Assembly: GCA_964016885.1 (NCBI GenBank)
Contig: OZ024741.1
Span: 79,670,001 to 79,734,000, forward strand
Source of the DNA: Eledone cirrhosa
Lineage: Eukaryota
Length of the DNA: 64,000 bases
Direction: 5' to 3'
Position 1 is the stretch's first letter. The number at the start of each line of letters is the position of its first letter. The notes beneath the pieces are model-generated. The model saw only the letters and a program-made list of their open reading frames with translations, was not told the DNA's origin and did not search any database. Of this stretch, positions 39,931-51,825 are shown in pieces. The translations under genes were made by a program, and so were the position numbers.

Positions 39931-40352
39931 ATATATTGTCACATTTTTTGTTTGTTTCGGGGACAGTGTGTCGCCGTAAAGATAGTTTTGGTGTTTGTGT
40001 TCAATTGAAATGCATTCACTGCATGGAGTGAGTGACGGTGCTCTCTGTCGAATGTACGTGTGAGGGGAGCCTGTGTTAGAGAGTGTGTGGAAGTGCGTGT
40101 GTGGGGAGAATGATTGTGTATAGAGATGCAGCTCTGTGTATGGCTGTGAGCATGGGATACGTGTGGCTTTTTATGTGTGGAGATGTGTGATGGCATATGC
40201 GAATGAGTGGTTTTTGCATGCAGGTGTATGTATGCGTAGTGTGTGCGATATAAATTGTGTGTTTATGTACGTGTTATTTAAATGCGTAGTCTTGATAATG
40301 ATATACAAGTGCACACTGGTAGTGTGTGTGTGTAATTTGAAATGTGTCTACG

Positions 40353-40383
<31 letters not shown>

Positions 40384-40889
40384 GCACTTTTTACACATTC
40401 ATACACATACAAGCATTTCAACGCACAGACATAAACAAATACATAAATGTCCAAACGGGAAAATATGCACATGTATAGACATTCATATGCCTACCCATAC
40501 TCTGATATACATACATGCATATACACATGCATTTATACACATATGTAAAGATAGATACATAGATATATAAACAGTCACGTGTACACATACGTAGATACAA
40601 ATACATACACGCACATATATTTAGACTAACCTTTACAGACAGACATATAAGATTTGCATGTGTCATATTGACAATATTTCATGAAAAAAATTCCATTTGG
40701 TAAAATTGAATTTATTAAAAACGAAAATCTAATTTTACGTGTAGAAATCATATAGACAATTAAATAAAGGCAGGTGACTGATGACACCTCCTACTCGCAA
40801 TGTTTGCTTTACGCACGACCGTATGACGTGTGTGTGCGTGTGTAACAAAGTAATTTGTTTGTACTAAGTACTACTACCTCTAATGATTG

Positions 40890-41620
40890 TTTCTAATAAT
40901 GATATAAAACCAGCACCTTTTGAGAAGGAGAAGGTCGATTAAATTAATCCCAGGACTTTACTGGTACTTTATTTGTCGACCCCGGAAGAATGGAAGTAAA
41001 GTTGACCTCGGCTGGATTTGAACACAGAACATAAAGAGCTGGAACGATTACTACCAAGTATTTGTCCAACGCTCGAGTGGTTCTGCCAACCCACCGTCCT
41101 TCTACTATCTCTAATAATGTTTTCTAATTGAGGCACAGGGTCAGCAATTTTTGTGGAAAGAAAGCTGATTATATCGATTCCAGAACTTTCTAAGTTTGAA
41201 TGTCTAAAGTCTGTCCCAAGCCCAGAAGCACATTAGGCTGTGCTTATCCTAGTTACCTTGGCATTAAGCAACTATGAGTTCATGACTCCTCCACCCCTGG
41301 AAAGGACGCCTGTCCATGGCAGGTTAAACCCCAGCTAATGCTAGTACTAATTGGATTGTTTTGCTCAAGTACACAATACACAACCTGATCCAAGAATCGA
41401 ACCCACGACATTATACCCAATATCCTAAGCACTAGGCCACGCGCCTTCACTACCAGTACTTTACTGGTACTTTATTTTATCGAGCCCAGAAGAATGAAAG
41501 TCAAAGTTGACATCAGTGGGATTGGAACTGAGAACGTAAGAAGCTACAACAATTACTGCTAAGCATTTGTCCGACACTCTAACGACTATACTAATCCATC
41601 GTCTTTTACTACCTCTAATA
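40890..41620 (-). mobile_element. SINE cluster (Meta-SINEs at ~40890-41100 and 41455-41600; a CORE-like SINE at ~41230-41450)
   Basis: B-box motifs, ttgctcaag CORE-like and gacaggcgtcctttccaggg motifs. Confidence 0.65.
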
Positions 41621-42344
41621 ATTATTTCTGCTTCTCGTAGAAGGCCACGAATTGGTAGAAGAAAATAGCAGATTTGTAACAAATGGTGTTTGGGTATAAT
41701 TTATTGAACAGATTTCAACACACCACTGGTATTTACTTTATCACGCTAGAAAGGATAAAAGCTAAAGTTCGCTACGGCAAAATTTGAATTCAGAAAGAAA
41801 AAAGAGGCAAGACAGAATAAAGTACCTGAAGGAATTTAGTTCGATGATCTTCTGTTTCTAACACTTCCCACCTTTTACCATCCTAATAAATAAATCGATA
41901 AATAAATGAATAAATAAATAAATATTTGAATGAACGAATGAACAAATAACTAAATGAATGAATAAAATCAGTAGACAGACAGAATATATTTAAGAGACAG
42001 AAAACTAATACCAATAATTTTAACATAATATGAATGAAAAGGAGATTTAAAACAATTTTGTATTTGTTGTTTACACTAATCTCTAAATATAGTATAGTGG
42101 GAATATATGGAACGAAAGTGAATTTAGTCTATGAGGATATTTTTACGTGGCTGCTATACTTGCTAAAAATGGCTCAAATTTCACTCAAATAACAGTCTGT
42201 CGTCTTTAAAATACAATACATAGATGACGTAGTAGTAAATCCATATGTCTGCCTTGAATGCAGAAGAGATGATATGAAATGAAAGTGAAAGTAGACAAAC
42301 AGTGATATCCAACATGCTTACTGTTTAATTTCAGTATCCTAGAG

Positions 42345-43685
42345 TTTAGTCATAACTGGAGTAAATCATAGTCATAACTCGAGTAAATCATAGTCATAAT
42401 TGGGATAAATTAGAGTAGTAACTGAAATAGATCTGAATGACTGAAATACAAAATAGTCATAGTTGAAATATAGCGTAGTCATAACTGAAATATATCATAG
42501 TCATAACTGAAATAAATCTTACTTATAGCTGGAATAAATCTTAGTCATAACTGAAATATATCATAGGCATAGCTGAAATATATCATAGACATAACTGAAA
42601 TAAATCATAGTCATAACTGAAATAAATCTTAGTCATAACTGAAATACATCATAGCCATAACTGAAATAATTTATAGCCATAACTGAAATATATCAGTCAT
42701 AACTGAAATAAATCTTAGTCATAACTGAAATAAATCCTAGTCATAACTGAAATAAATCTTAGTCATAACTGAAATATATCATAGCCATAACTGAAATAAA
42801 TCTTACTTATAGCTGGAATAAATCTTAGTCATAACTGAAATATATCATAGTTATAGCTGAAACAACTCGTAATCATAACTGAAATATATCTTAGTCATAA
42901 CTGAAATACATCATAGTCATAACTGGAATATATCATAGTCATAATTGAAATATATCATAGTCATAACTGAAATAAATCCTAGTCATAACTGAAATAAATC
43001 TTACTCATAGCTGAAATAAATCCTAGTCATAACTGAAATAAATCTTACTCATAGCTGAAATAAATCATAGTCATAACTGAAATAAATCTTACTCATAACT
43101 GAATGTATCATAGTCATGGCTGAAATAAATCTTAGTCATAACTGAAATACATTATAGCCATAACTGAAATAAATCTTACTCATAACTGAAATATATCATA
43201 GTCATGGCTGAAATAAATCTTAGTGATAACTGAAATACATTATAGTCATAACTGAAATATATCATAGCCATAACTGACTGAAATATATCATAGTCATAAC
43301 TGAAATATAACTTAATCATAACTGAAATACAACATAGTCATAACTGAAATATATCATAGGCATAACTGAAATAAATCTTACTCATAACTGAAATACATCA
43401 GTCATAACTAAAATATATCATAGTCGTAACTGAAATATATCATAGTCATAACTGAAATATATCATAGTCATAACGGAAATATATCATAGTCATAACTGAA
43501 ATATATCATAGTCATAACGGAAATATATCATAGTCATAACTGAAATACATCAGTCATAACTAAAATATATCATAGTCATAACTGAAATACATCAGTCATA
43601 ACTAAAATATATCATAGACATAACTGAAATATATCATAGTCATAACTGAAATATATCAGTCATAACTAAAATAAATCTTACTCAT
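42345..43685. repeat. Minisatellite, 22-bp unit AGTCATAACTGAAATA(T/A)ATC(A/T)T, ~60 copies
   Basis: Direct tandem array with variant units; more degenerate at the left edge. Confidence 0.95.
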
Positions 43686-44024
43686 ATATTAAATGGAAGC
43701 AAAATTTAAAATTCTATTTTCTATATTTGTCTTTTACCGAAAATAAAGATTAAAAAAATTATTTCATGCTTGGAATAATTTAAAACTATTTTGGTTTTAA
43801 TTCAATGTATAATGATGTGTCTTTGTTTATCACTTCATAAATTACCGTCTTTCCATCATGCCTCACCCTATTCCTATCGGCACTCTTTCATTTCATGTTT
43901 TTGTTTTATTGGTTTTTTCTACTTTTTTAATTTACTTTGATTTTTCATTATTTTGATTTGTACTCTCCTGAGGGAAAGTGAAACGAAAGAAGAATGAAAA
44001 CATGAATAACTTCTTGCTTGTTAC

Positions 44025-44374
<350 letters not shown>

Positions 44375-44420
44375 AAAGTAAAATAAAAAGTCAAATGTTT
44401 AAAATTTAGCTTCGTTTATT

Positions 44421-44475
44421 ACTGCTATATATATTTCGGTGACAGCCATCTTTGGCTGTGACCTCTTCAGGCAGT
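44421..44475 (-). ncRNA. Type I hammerhead ribozyme in the Penelope pLTR
   Basis: Minus: actgc CTGAAGA GGTCACAGCC-aaagat-GGCTGTCACC GAAA TATATA TA gcagt. Confidence 0.85.
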
Positions 44476-45226
44476 CCGAATTGGTGCGGTATAGACAAGT
44501 ACATATGTTGTTGAGGTGTATAATATTGTCAATACTCTGATATGCCACATCCTGTTTGGGTTGTTATTTCACTGAGGAACTGGAATCATATGAATTCAAA
44601 CAAACGAATTTCCGTGTCAAAGGGCCTCTTCTCCTCTCATTGGTCAGTTGTTAGAACATTCCTCATTCAAAAGTCTATAGAAGTTCGTTCTGAGGAAAGC
44701 CAATCTATAGTTGTTGTTCTTGTTATTGTTAGGTACATCTGACCTCAATTCTTGTGTTGGTAGTGTTGTTATTGTTGGAGTTAGCTTAAAAAATTGATAA
44801 AGTGGTAGAAGGAACAAGGTGGTAAAGGAATAAAATAACAAAAAAATGTCAAACTTCCCATTGGTCAGTTTTTAGAACATTCCTCAGTCAGAAGTCTATA
44901 GAAATTCTTTCTGGGGTGAGGATCCCTGTAGTGTTTGTGTTTGCCATTGATAAGAACATTTGACCTCTACCATTATTTCGGTAGTGTTGTTGGTGTTGTG
45001 GTCAGCTTATGTCTTGCTGCTGCTGACAATTTAGAAGTATCTGTGTGTGTTTTTCTTCATCCCTCCTGCCACCATCTCCCGTGGTGGTGGTGGGGGGGAG
45101 GGGGTTCTTCCATGTATATGAAGAAATATAAGACAATAAATGAAGAAAACAGAAAATAAATGGCAAACACAAACACTACAGGGAGCCTCACCCCAGAAAG
45201 AATTTCTATAGACTTCTGACTGAGGA

Positions 45227-46042
45227 ATGCTTTCAAAACTGAACGGAGAAGTAATAGAATGGTTTAAGATACTGCATGAGAAAAGTAAGATCAGCTTTAT
45301 ACAACTGGACATCGCAAGCTACTACTCCTCAATCTCACCCATAGTACTTAATAAGGCCCTATTTTTAGCGATGTCCAATACAGACCTAACCCGAGAGGAG
45401 GTGAGCATCATCCACGCCGCAAGAAAGACCTTAATCCGTTTCGATGGAGACCTTTGGACCAGGAGTGATTGGCCAAATAACTTTGACATCACGATGGGCT
45501 CCAGCGACTCAGCACAGGTAACGGACCTGGTTGGGCTCTACCTGCTGAAGCAGATAAAAGATGAAATCCCCTGCCTGGGCGGCGGATTATATCGTGACGA
45601 TCCTCTATTCACAGTATATGACCACAGCACCAATATGTTGGAGGGAATGAGGAGGCGTATTCGCCATTTCTTTAAGAACCAAGGGCTCAGTATAGAACTA
45701 GACCCAAATAGGAAGGTAGTTAACTTCCTAGACACCACCCTAAACCTGAACACCGAACAATACTACCCCTACCACAAGCCCAACGAGAAACTCGTATATG
45801 TTAACGCCAAATCAAACCACCCTAGATCCATAACTAAGGCAGTGGTGAAGAGTGTCTCGGACAGGATCTCCAGCCTGTCCGCAAGTAAGGAAATATTCAA
45901 TAACTACGCGGAATATTACAACGCAGCTCTAAATAAGGCGGCACATGGCCAAAATATAATATATAGTCCGAAACGCCGGGATGGGGATGGCCCAACGGAC
46001 ACCCACACCTGCGTTGCCCGGGCGGGGGAGGGCGAACCCTAA
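45227..46042 (+). CDS. Penelope reverse transcriptase (N-terminally truncated, frameshifted)
   Basis: FIQLDIASYYSSI, FDITMGSSDSAQVTDLVG, LYRDD, VNFLDTTL, PYHKPN..YV...SNHP. Confidence 0.9.
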   Translation: MLSKLNGEVIEWFKILHEKSKISFIQLDIASYYSSISPIVLNKALFLAMSNTDLTREEVSIIHAARKTLIRFDGDLWTRSDWPNNFDITMGSSDSAQVTDLVGLYLLKQIKDEIPCLGGGLYRDDPLFTVYDHSTNMLEGMRRRIRHFFKNQGLSIELDPNRKVVNFLDTTLNLNTEQYYPYHKPNEKLVYVNAKSNHPRSITKAVVKSVSDRISSLSASKEIFNNYAEYYNAALNKAAHGQNIIYSPKRRDGDGPTDTHTCVARAGEGEP

Positions 46043-46158
46043 CAATACAGGCAGAGCAGAAACAAATAGGCACCATGTGCCCGACACCACCACACAGGCG
46101 TTGGTGACTAGTACGCTTAACCACGAGATGAAACCCAATATGAGTAGCAGTCTCAGGG

Positions 46159-47200
46159 GTGACGCTAACCACCCCAGGACCGACGCCCTCAACCGCAGGA
46201 CACGTAGGGGGGAGAAACGGGGGACCACCCCACGATAATTCTCCAAACGCGGGCAACGACCACCCCACAGATTCGGGCCGTGAAGATAACAAAAAGCATA
46301 GCGCCCAAAGGGGAAGCAACAGTACGGGAACCACCAGCAACCCAACAAATCTCCAACAAATCACGACGCCCCCGACCCACACATGTAGGAGGAGACACGG
46401 AAAAATCACGTGGTACAACCCACCCCACTCAGCGGCCCTAAAGAACAGCTTGGCCCGATCATTCTTTGGAGCACTTGATAAATGCTTCCCGAGGGACCAT
46501 AGATACCACAGGATCTTCAACAGACACACTGTGAAGCTCTCGTATTCCACCACGAGAAATCTGGCCCAACACATAGCTAGCATCAACAGGAGTAGGCTTA
46601 AAAACCACACACAACCAGAAGATGGCAATACAAGCACTCAGCAGAACTATGTGAAAGGAGGGAAGGGGGGACCCAGAGCCCACCCAAGAAACCCAAACAG
46701 ACCCGGGGACCCCCCACCGTGCCTGGGGGAAGACCACCATGTAACACTTAACGGGAACCCCAATCTAGGCACGCAGAGGTCGACCAGCCTCTGCAACTGC
46801 AGAAACCCCGAATCATTCCCCCTTACTAATGAATGCCTTAAGAAGAACCTAGTATACGGTTGTAGGGTTAAAACCCCCAACTCCGAACACCTCTACATAG
46901 GAGCCACATCAACGAGCTTTAAAGACCGCTGGTACAACCATCGCCATTCATTCAATAAGGAGGCCAAAAGGAAAAGCACGGCTCTCTCCGACCTGATCTG
47001 GAAGCTTAAGCTGGACAGGACCCCGTACTCTCTGGCCTGGTACATAATCAGGAAAGTACCACCCGATAAAGGGGATCTTGCATATGCAAACTATGCCTGA
47101 ACGAGACCCTCGAGATACTAAGAGGTGGAAGCGGCCTGATAAACCTCAGAACCGACTTCTTCGGGACATGCAGACACCTTAGATATATGGACGGTAGCAA
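46159..47200 (+). CDS. Penelope C-terminus with GIY-YIG endonuclease (frameshifted near 47080)
   Basis: ITWYNPP, IFNRHTVKLSYS, CNCR..PL..ECL, LVY..YIG, FKDRWYNH..SF; after the shift CKLCL.E..CRH. Confidence 0.88.
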
Positions 47201-48289
47201 CACAAGAAGATGTGAACTCCCCTCAAGCTATAGGGCTTTTCCAGAACATGTAGACACTTCTCGGCCAGACCTCCCTTAAGCTATATGGGCAGTAACAACA
47301 CCCTAGGTTGAGAACTCCCCTCAAGCCATAGGGAACAACCCAGGCTGAGCAGACACCACGATAGCCTAGGGATTGAATCGGACACAGCCATTATAATTTG
47401 GCCAACATCTATATAACACAAACACATTTTAATTTACTTGATTTCTGATTTTCAATTTCCAATTTTAAATCTTGATTTCTCTTTATTAATTTGTTAATTT
47501 GTTATTTGTTTTCTGTTCTCTTCACTGTACCACCTTATATTTATTTTTAAGTTGAGATTGATTATAACACAAACACATTTTGTTTGATTATCTTATTCTT
47601 TTATTATTTTAAAATCTTGTTCCTCATACCAATCTATCCAACATATTTCTGACCTTAAGATTGGTTATAGCCCACACACACTTTATCCTACTTTATTTGA
47701 ATCTTTATTTTATTTTTCACTTCTCCATATTCATTTTCATTACTTTTTCACCAATTTTTCATTTATTCTTTATTCTCTATTTATTATTTATTTTCTGTTT
47801 TCTTCATTTATTGCCTTATATTTCTTCATATACATGGAATAACAAGAACAACAATAACAAGAACAACAACTACAGATTGGCTTGCCTCAGAACGAACTTC
47901 TATAGACTTTTGAATGAGGAATGTTCTAACAACTGACCAATGAGAGGAGACGAGGCCCTTTGACACTGAAATTCGTTTGTTTGAATTCATATGATTCCAG
48001 TTCCTCAGTGAAATAACAACCCAACCAGGAACTGGGCATATCAGAGTATTGACAAAATTATATACCTCAACAACATATGTACTTGTCTATACCACACTAA
48101 TTCGGACTGCCTGAAGAGGTCACAGCCAAATATATATAGCAGTAATAAACGAAGCTAAATTTTAAACATTTGACTTTTTATTTTACTTTATTTTACATTA
48201 CTCCGGAGTAACCAAACCAACCTGCGCACTTCGTCGAGTGCTCCAGCCTGCATACTGAGGTGTTGGTATACAACCAGCATATACTCAAA

Positions 48290-48359
<70 letters not shown>

Positions 48360-48392
48360 TGTGAGAAAAACCACAGACCCTCCATCTCAACT

Positions 48393-48436
48393 CTACTTTT
48401 GAAAAGCAGAAGAACTTCGAAACCGGTAAAGGAACC
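48393..48436 (+). ncRNA. U3-A8 variant hammerhead
   Basis: ctactt TTGAAAA G-cagaagaactt-C GAAA CCGG TA aagg. Confidence 0.55.
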
Positions 48437-48565
48437 AAATAAATAAATATATATATTTGTTTTAAATAAGACTCCAGTTGCATTTTCGATGTTATCTTTT
48501 TTTCCTTATACTTTCACTCGTGTAGGACACCTCGGTTATTTTTCATTTTGTAAAAAAAACCTCAC

Positions 48566-48625
<60 letters not shown>

Positions 48626-48841
48626 CCAGAAGTTAAACAAGATTCATTGATTAATCAATGAATATAGTTTTACAATAGATTAGAAGCACTCTACAAGGAA
48701 GTTTTCTGGAGTTATTAATATTAATTCAAAATATTAATAAATATAGACAATCATATATTTTGATTACGTTGAATGTCTTTATTTATTAATATTTTGAATT
48801 AATATATATATATATAAAGAGAGAGAGAGAGAGAGAGAGAC

Positions 48842-48905
<64 letters not shown>

Positions 48906-49647
48906 CGCGTGTATGTGTGTGCGTGCGCGCGTGTGTGTGTGTGTGGTGTATGTACGTGTGTGTGTGTGAATGGTGTGTATCATTTTATATTAATTAATAC
49001 AAGAATATATATTGATATTGACCATGTATAGATTAAAGCATCGTTACTCAGAGTTTCATGCCGTGGGATTTAATATTAGTGACATGATATAGTTATTCTT
49101 CACACTTATTGAGTATATCCGGTCACGTACGATTTGATGTAAGAGGCGCACGTAACCTTGTGGGGCATATATATCGTGGGTTATTTCACCTATATCAACA
49201 CTGAGGCTTATGTGTATTGCTATTTATGTAGAACACCAGATATGTAACAGGAGTTCTAAGACAAATAAAAGAAAGTATTTGAACCAAGAATAACATTTGG
49301 TTGTTGTTAACTAAACTTACTGTGATGGGTAGATCAAAGGATAATGAAAACAGTCAGTTAGCGTAGGGGAGGTGTCTGAAATTTAATTTTGTGATGTAAA
49401 TATCCAAAGTTTAAGACTAGAAGTACCATCAGGTTACAATGTTAACGAGTAAAAGTAATTTAATTGGAAGTACTTCTAGTAGACGTTGCCGATTCGGTAT
49501 AAATTCTACAGGCTTGGTTACGGTATCTGCTGAGCTTCTTGGAACCATATTATTTCACATCATTTGTAATAATTTCGTTTTTATGCCGTAATCGATTCTG
49601 GGTGAACCACCGCCGTTCTTCTGCGACAGATGAAAGAAATAATCATT

Positions 49648-50053
49648 GGCGGTGGATTGGCAGTATCGGTAGAGAGTCAGACGCCATGCTTTGCAGCAAA
49701 GAGCCACGGCCCTTTATGGTCTGAGTTCAAATCCCGCCGAGGTTAACTTTGCCTTTCATCCTTACGGGGTCGATAAAATAAAGTACCAGTAATGCACTGG
49801 GTAATTGCTGGTCTTGTGCCAAAAGTAGAAACAATTATTACTATTAGCAATATTAGGGCGGTGGATTGGCAGTATCGGTAGAGGGTCGGACGCCATGCTT
49901 TGCAGCAAAGAGTTACGACCCTTTACGGTCTGGGTTCAAATCCCGTCGAGGGTAACTTTCCCTTTCATCCTTACGGGGTCGATAAAGTAAAATACCAGTG
50001 ATACACTGGATTAATTGCTGGCGTTGTGCCAAAAGTAGAAACAATTATTACTA
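49648..50053 (+). mobile_element. Two tandem young Meta-SINEs (49648-49843, 49857-50053)
   Basis: Complete ggcggtggattggcagtatcggtagag...gtgccaaaagtagaaacaattattact units. Confidence 0.92.
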
Positions 50054-50184
50054 CTTGCAATGCAAATTGACCGAAAATTGTATCATTGAATTAATTTATA
50101 CTACATTTCTTGCGGGAAACTCTCAAAGAACACTCAAAGAAAAAAAGTATGGTACGTATGAAATCAACGACGAAGTATCTACAT

Positions 50185-51305
50185 CATGGATGGACAATCT
50201 ACTGTCTGCAAGCCGCATGTGGCCTGCGAGAGCTTTTTGTGCGGGCCGCAAACTTTCTTGCACGGTAATGTTATTTTATTCATCCGACATTCTCACAGAG
50301 AATAACGTGTCTAACAAGATTAGTGTGATTTCGTGGTCATCTTGTAAACAGAAACAAAGTAATGATTCACAAAATTTTATTTTAAAACTTTTATATATTT
50401 TACGATATGTTTCAAATTTTGTTACCCTAGCAATGAGCTCTACAAAAACTACCCCCCCCCCCCCACACACACACACCGAAAAATTAAAGACGAGTGCCGC
50501 ACGTTTAACAAGAAATGGACATACAAGATTTTTGTGTTGTTTTTTTACAAATTTATATTAGAGCAGTGTACCTAATATGTGACGACAATGCCGCTGTTCT
50601 TAAAGAGTAACTTAGCAAATAATTTGTTGGGACGGGAACTACAGAAAAACTAAATGAACTGTTGAGAAGTTTAATATAACAAGAAACTGTTTTTGTAAAA
50701 CGAAAAATTATACAAAGACCAGCTTTGTGTTTGGTTTGGAAATTGCCAAGCATAATGTTTGCTGCAGCAGAATTTTGAAAAGATTGAATACTTGTTGCTG
50801 TTGACATTGCATAGCCAGAAGTGAACATTTTAAACATTATCATTGTTAAGGAGAACTCTTGTTTGCCGTGTTGACACAATATTGCAGAATCTTTCGGAAC
50901 AGCTACTTGGGGCTAGCAAGACATTTGAATTGTACTCACTGACACAAAATGGAAAGAAAAAAAAATGACATACAAAACACAGCGCAAATATTTCTGTTTA
51001 TTAGAAGAATTGATTATAATTTTACAATTACTGAAGAGTTGCTGCCAGTTGGACCGTTGAAGGGCACCACAACTGGCTGACATTTGTATGAATGTGTTGA
51101 AAAGTACTTGGAGGGATCTGATTTACCTTGGAAAACTTGTCGGCCTCATAAAACTGCCTAATGACATAGTGAAAGATGAACATCCACTTCACACTATACT
51201 ATCATTCCATTACATTATTAACAAGAAACGTCTGTGTAAAGCTGTCCTGGATTTCGAACATGTTATTAATTTTGTAGTATGAGTAATTAACTTAATCAAA
51301 GTCGG
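50185..51305 (+). pseudogene. Decayed hAT (Charlie/SPIN, GTF2IRD2-like) transposon with transposase remnants
   Basis: Left end ..gccgcatgtggcctgcgag..gcgggccgca; remnants read from DNA include CxxxxAVLKE, EELL...LKGTTTG.LYECV and FHYII..RLCKAVLDFEHVINFVV.VINLIK. Confidence 0.65.
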
Positions 51306-51428
51306 ACAGTTCAGAAGAATTGGTATTCGAGTAGAGCAACGTGATAAAACCAATAACCATCATCATTATAACCATCATGATCATCATCATGGCCATCATC
51401 AACATCATCAAAATCAGCTTCATCATCA

Positions 51429-51468
<40 letters not shown>

Positions 51469-51551
51469 TAGCAACAACAGATATCGAACAGTAGCAAAAT
51501 GCATCGATCGATTCTAAGAAAAGAAGAAAACTAACAGAATTTTTTTAAAAT

Positions 51552-51590
<39 letters not shown>

Positions 51591-51825
51591 TTTTCTTTAT
51601 TAACCACAAGGGTTTACATAAATTAGACATTAAGGACAGTACAGGACAATACAGGACGGTACAAATGGGCATTTCTGCGTGTAAAAAAAACAGAGGATGT
51701 AATAAAATAAAGAAAAATTCCCCAATAGGGGGGAGATTTCCGAGAGACATTTGTGGAGAAAGCCCATTAAAAGACCACAGTGACCCTGACCACCAGGGCA
51801 AGTGCCCTCTCCCAGTTTTCCACCT

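Larger units (their letters stand above)
44370..48194 (+). mobile_element. 5'-truncated Penelope-like element with inverted pseudo-LTRs (44370-44730 / 47850-48194)
   Basis: ~350-bp inverted terminal repeats, PLE RT and GIY-YIG ORFs, HHR in the pLTR. Confidence 0.9.

Noticed and set aside
42345-43685. CRISPR-like array
   Set aside because: Units are contiguous 22-mers with no unique spacers, no cas genes, and the context is eukaryotic; it is a minisatellite.
49648-49740. tRNA gene
   Set aside because: The A/B boxes are the head of a multi-copy SINE followed by the Meta domain and tail; no complete cloverleaf.
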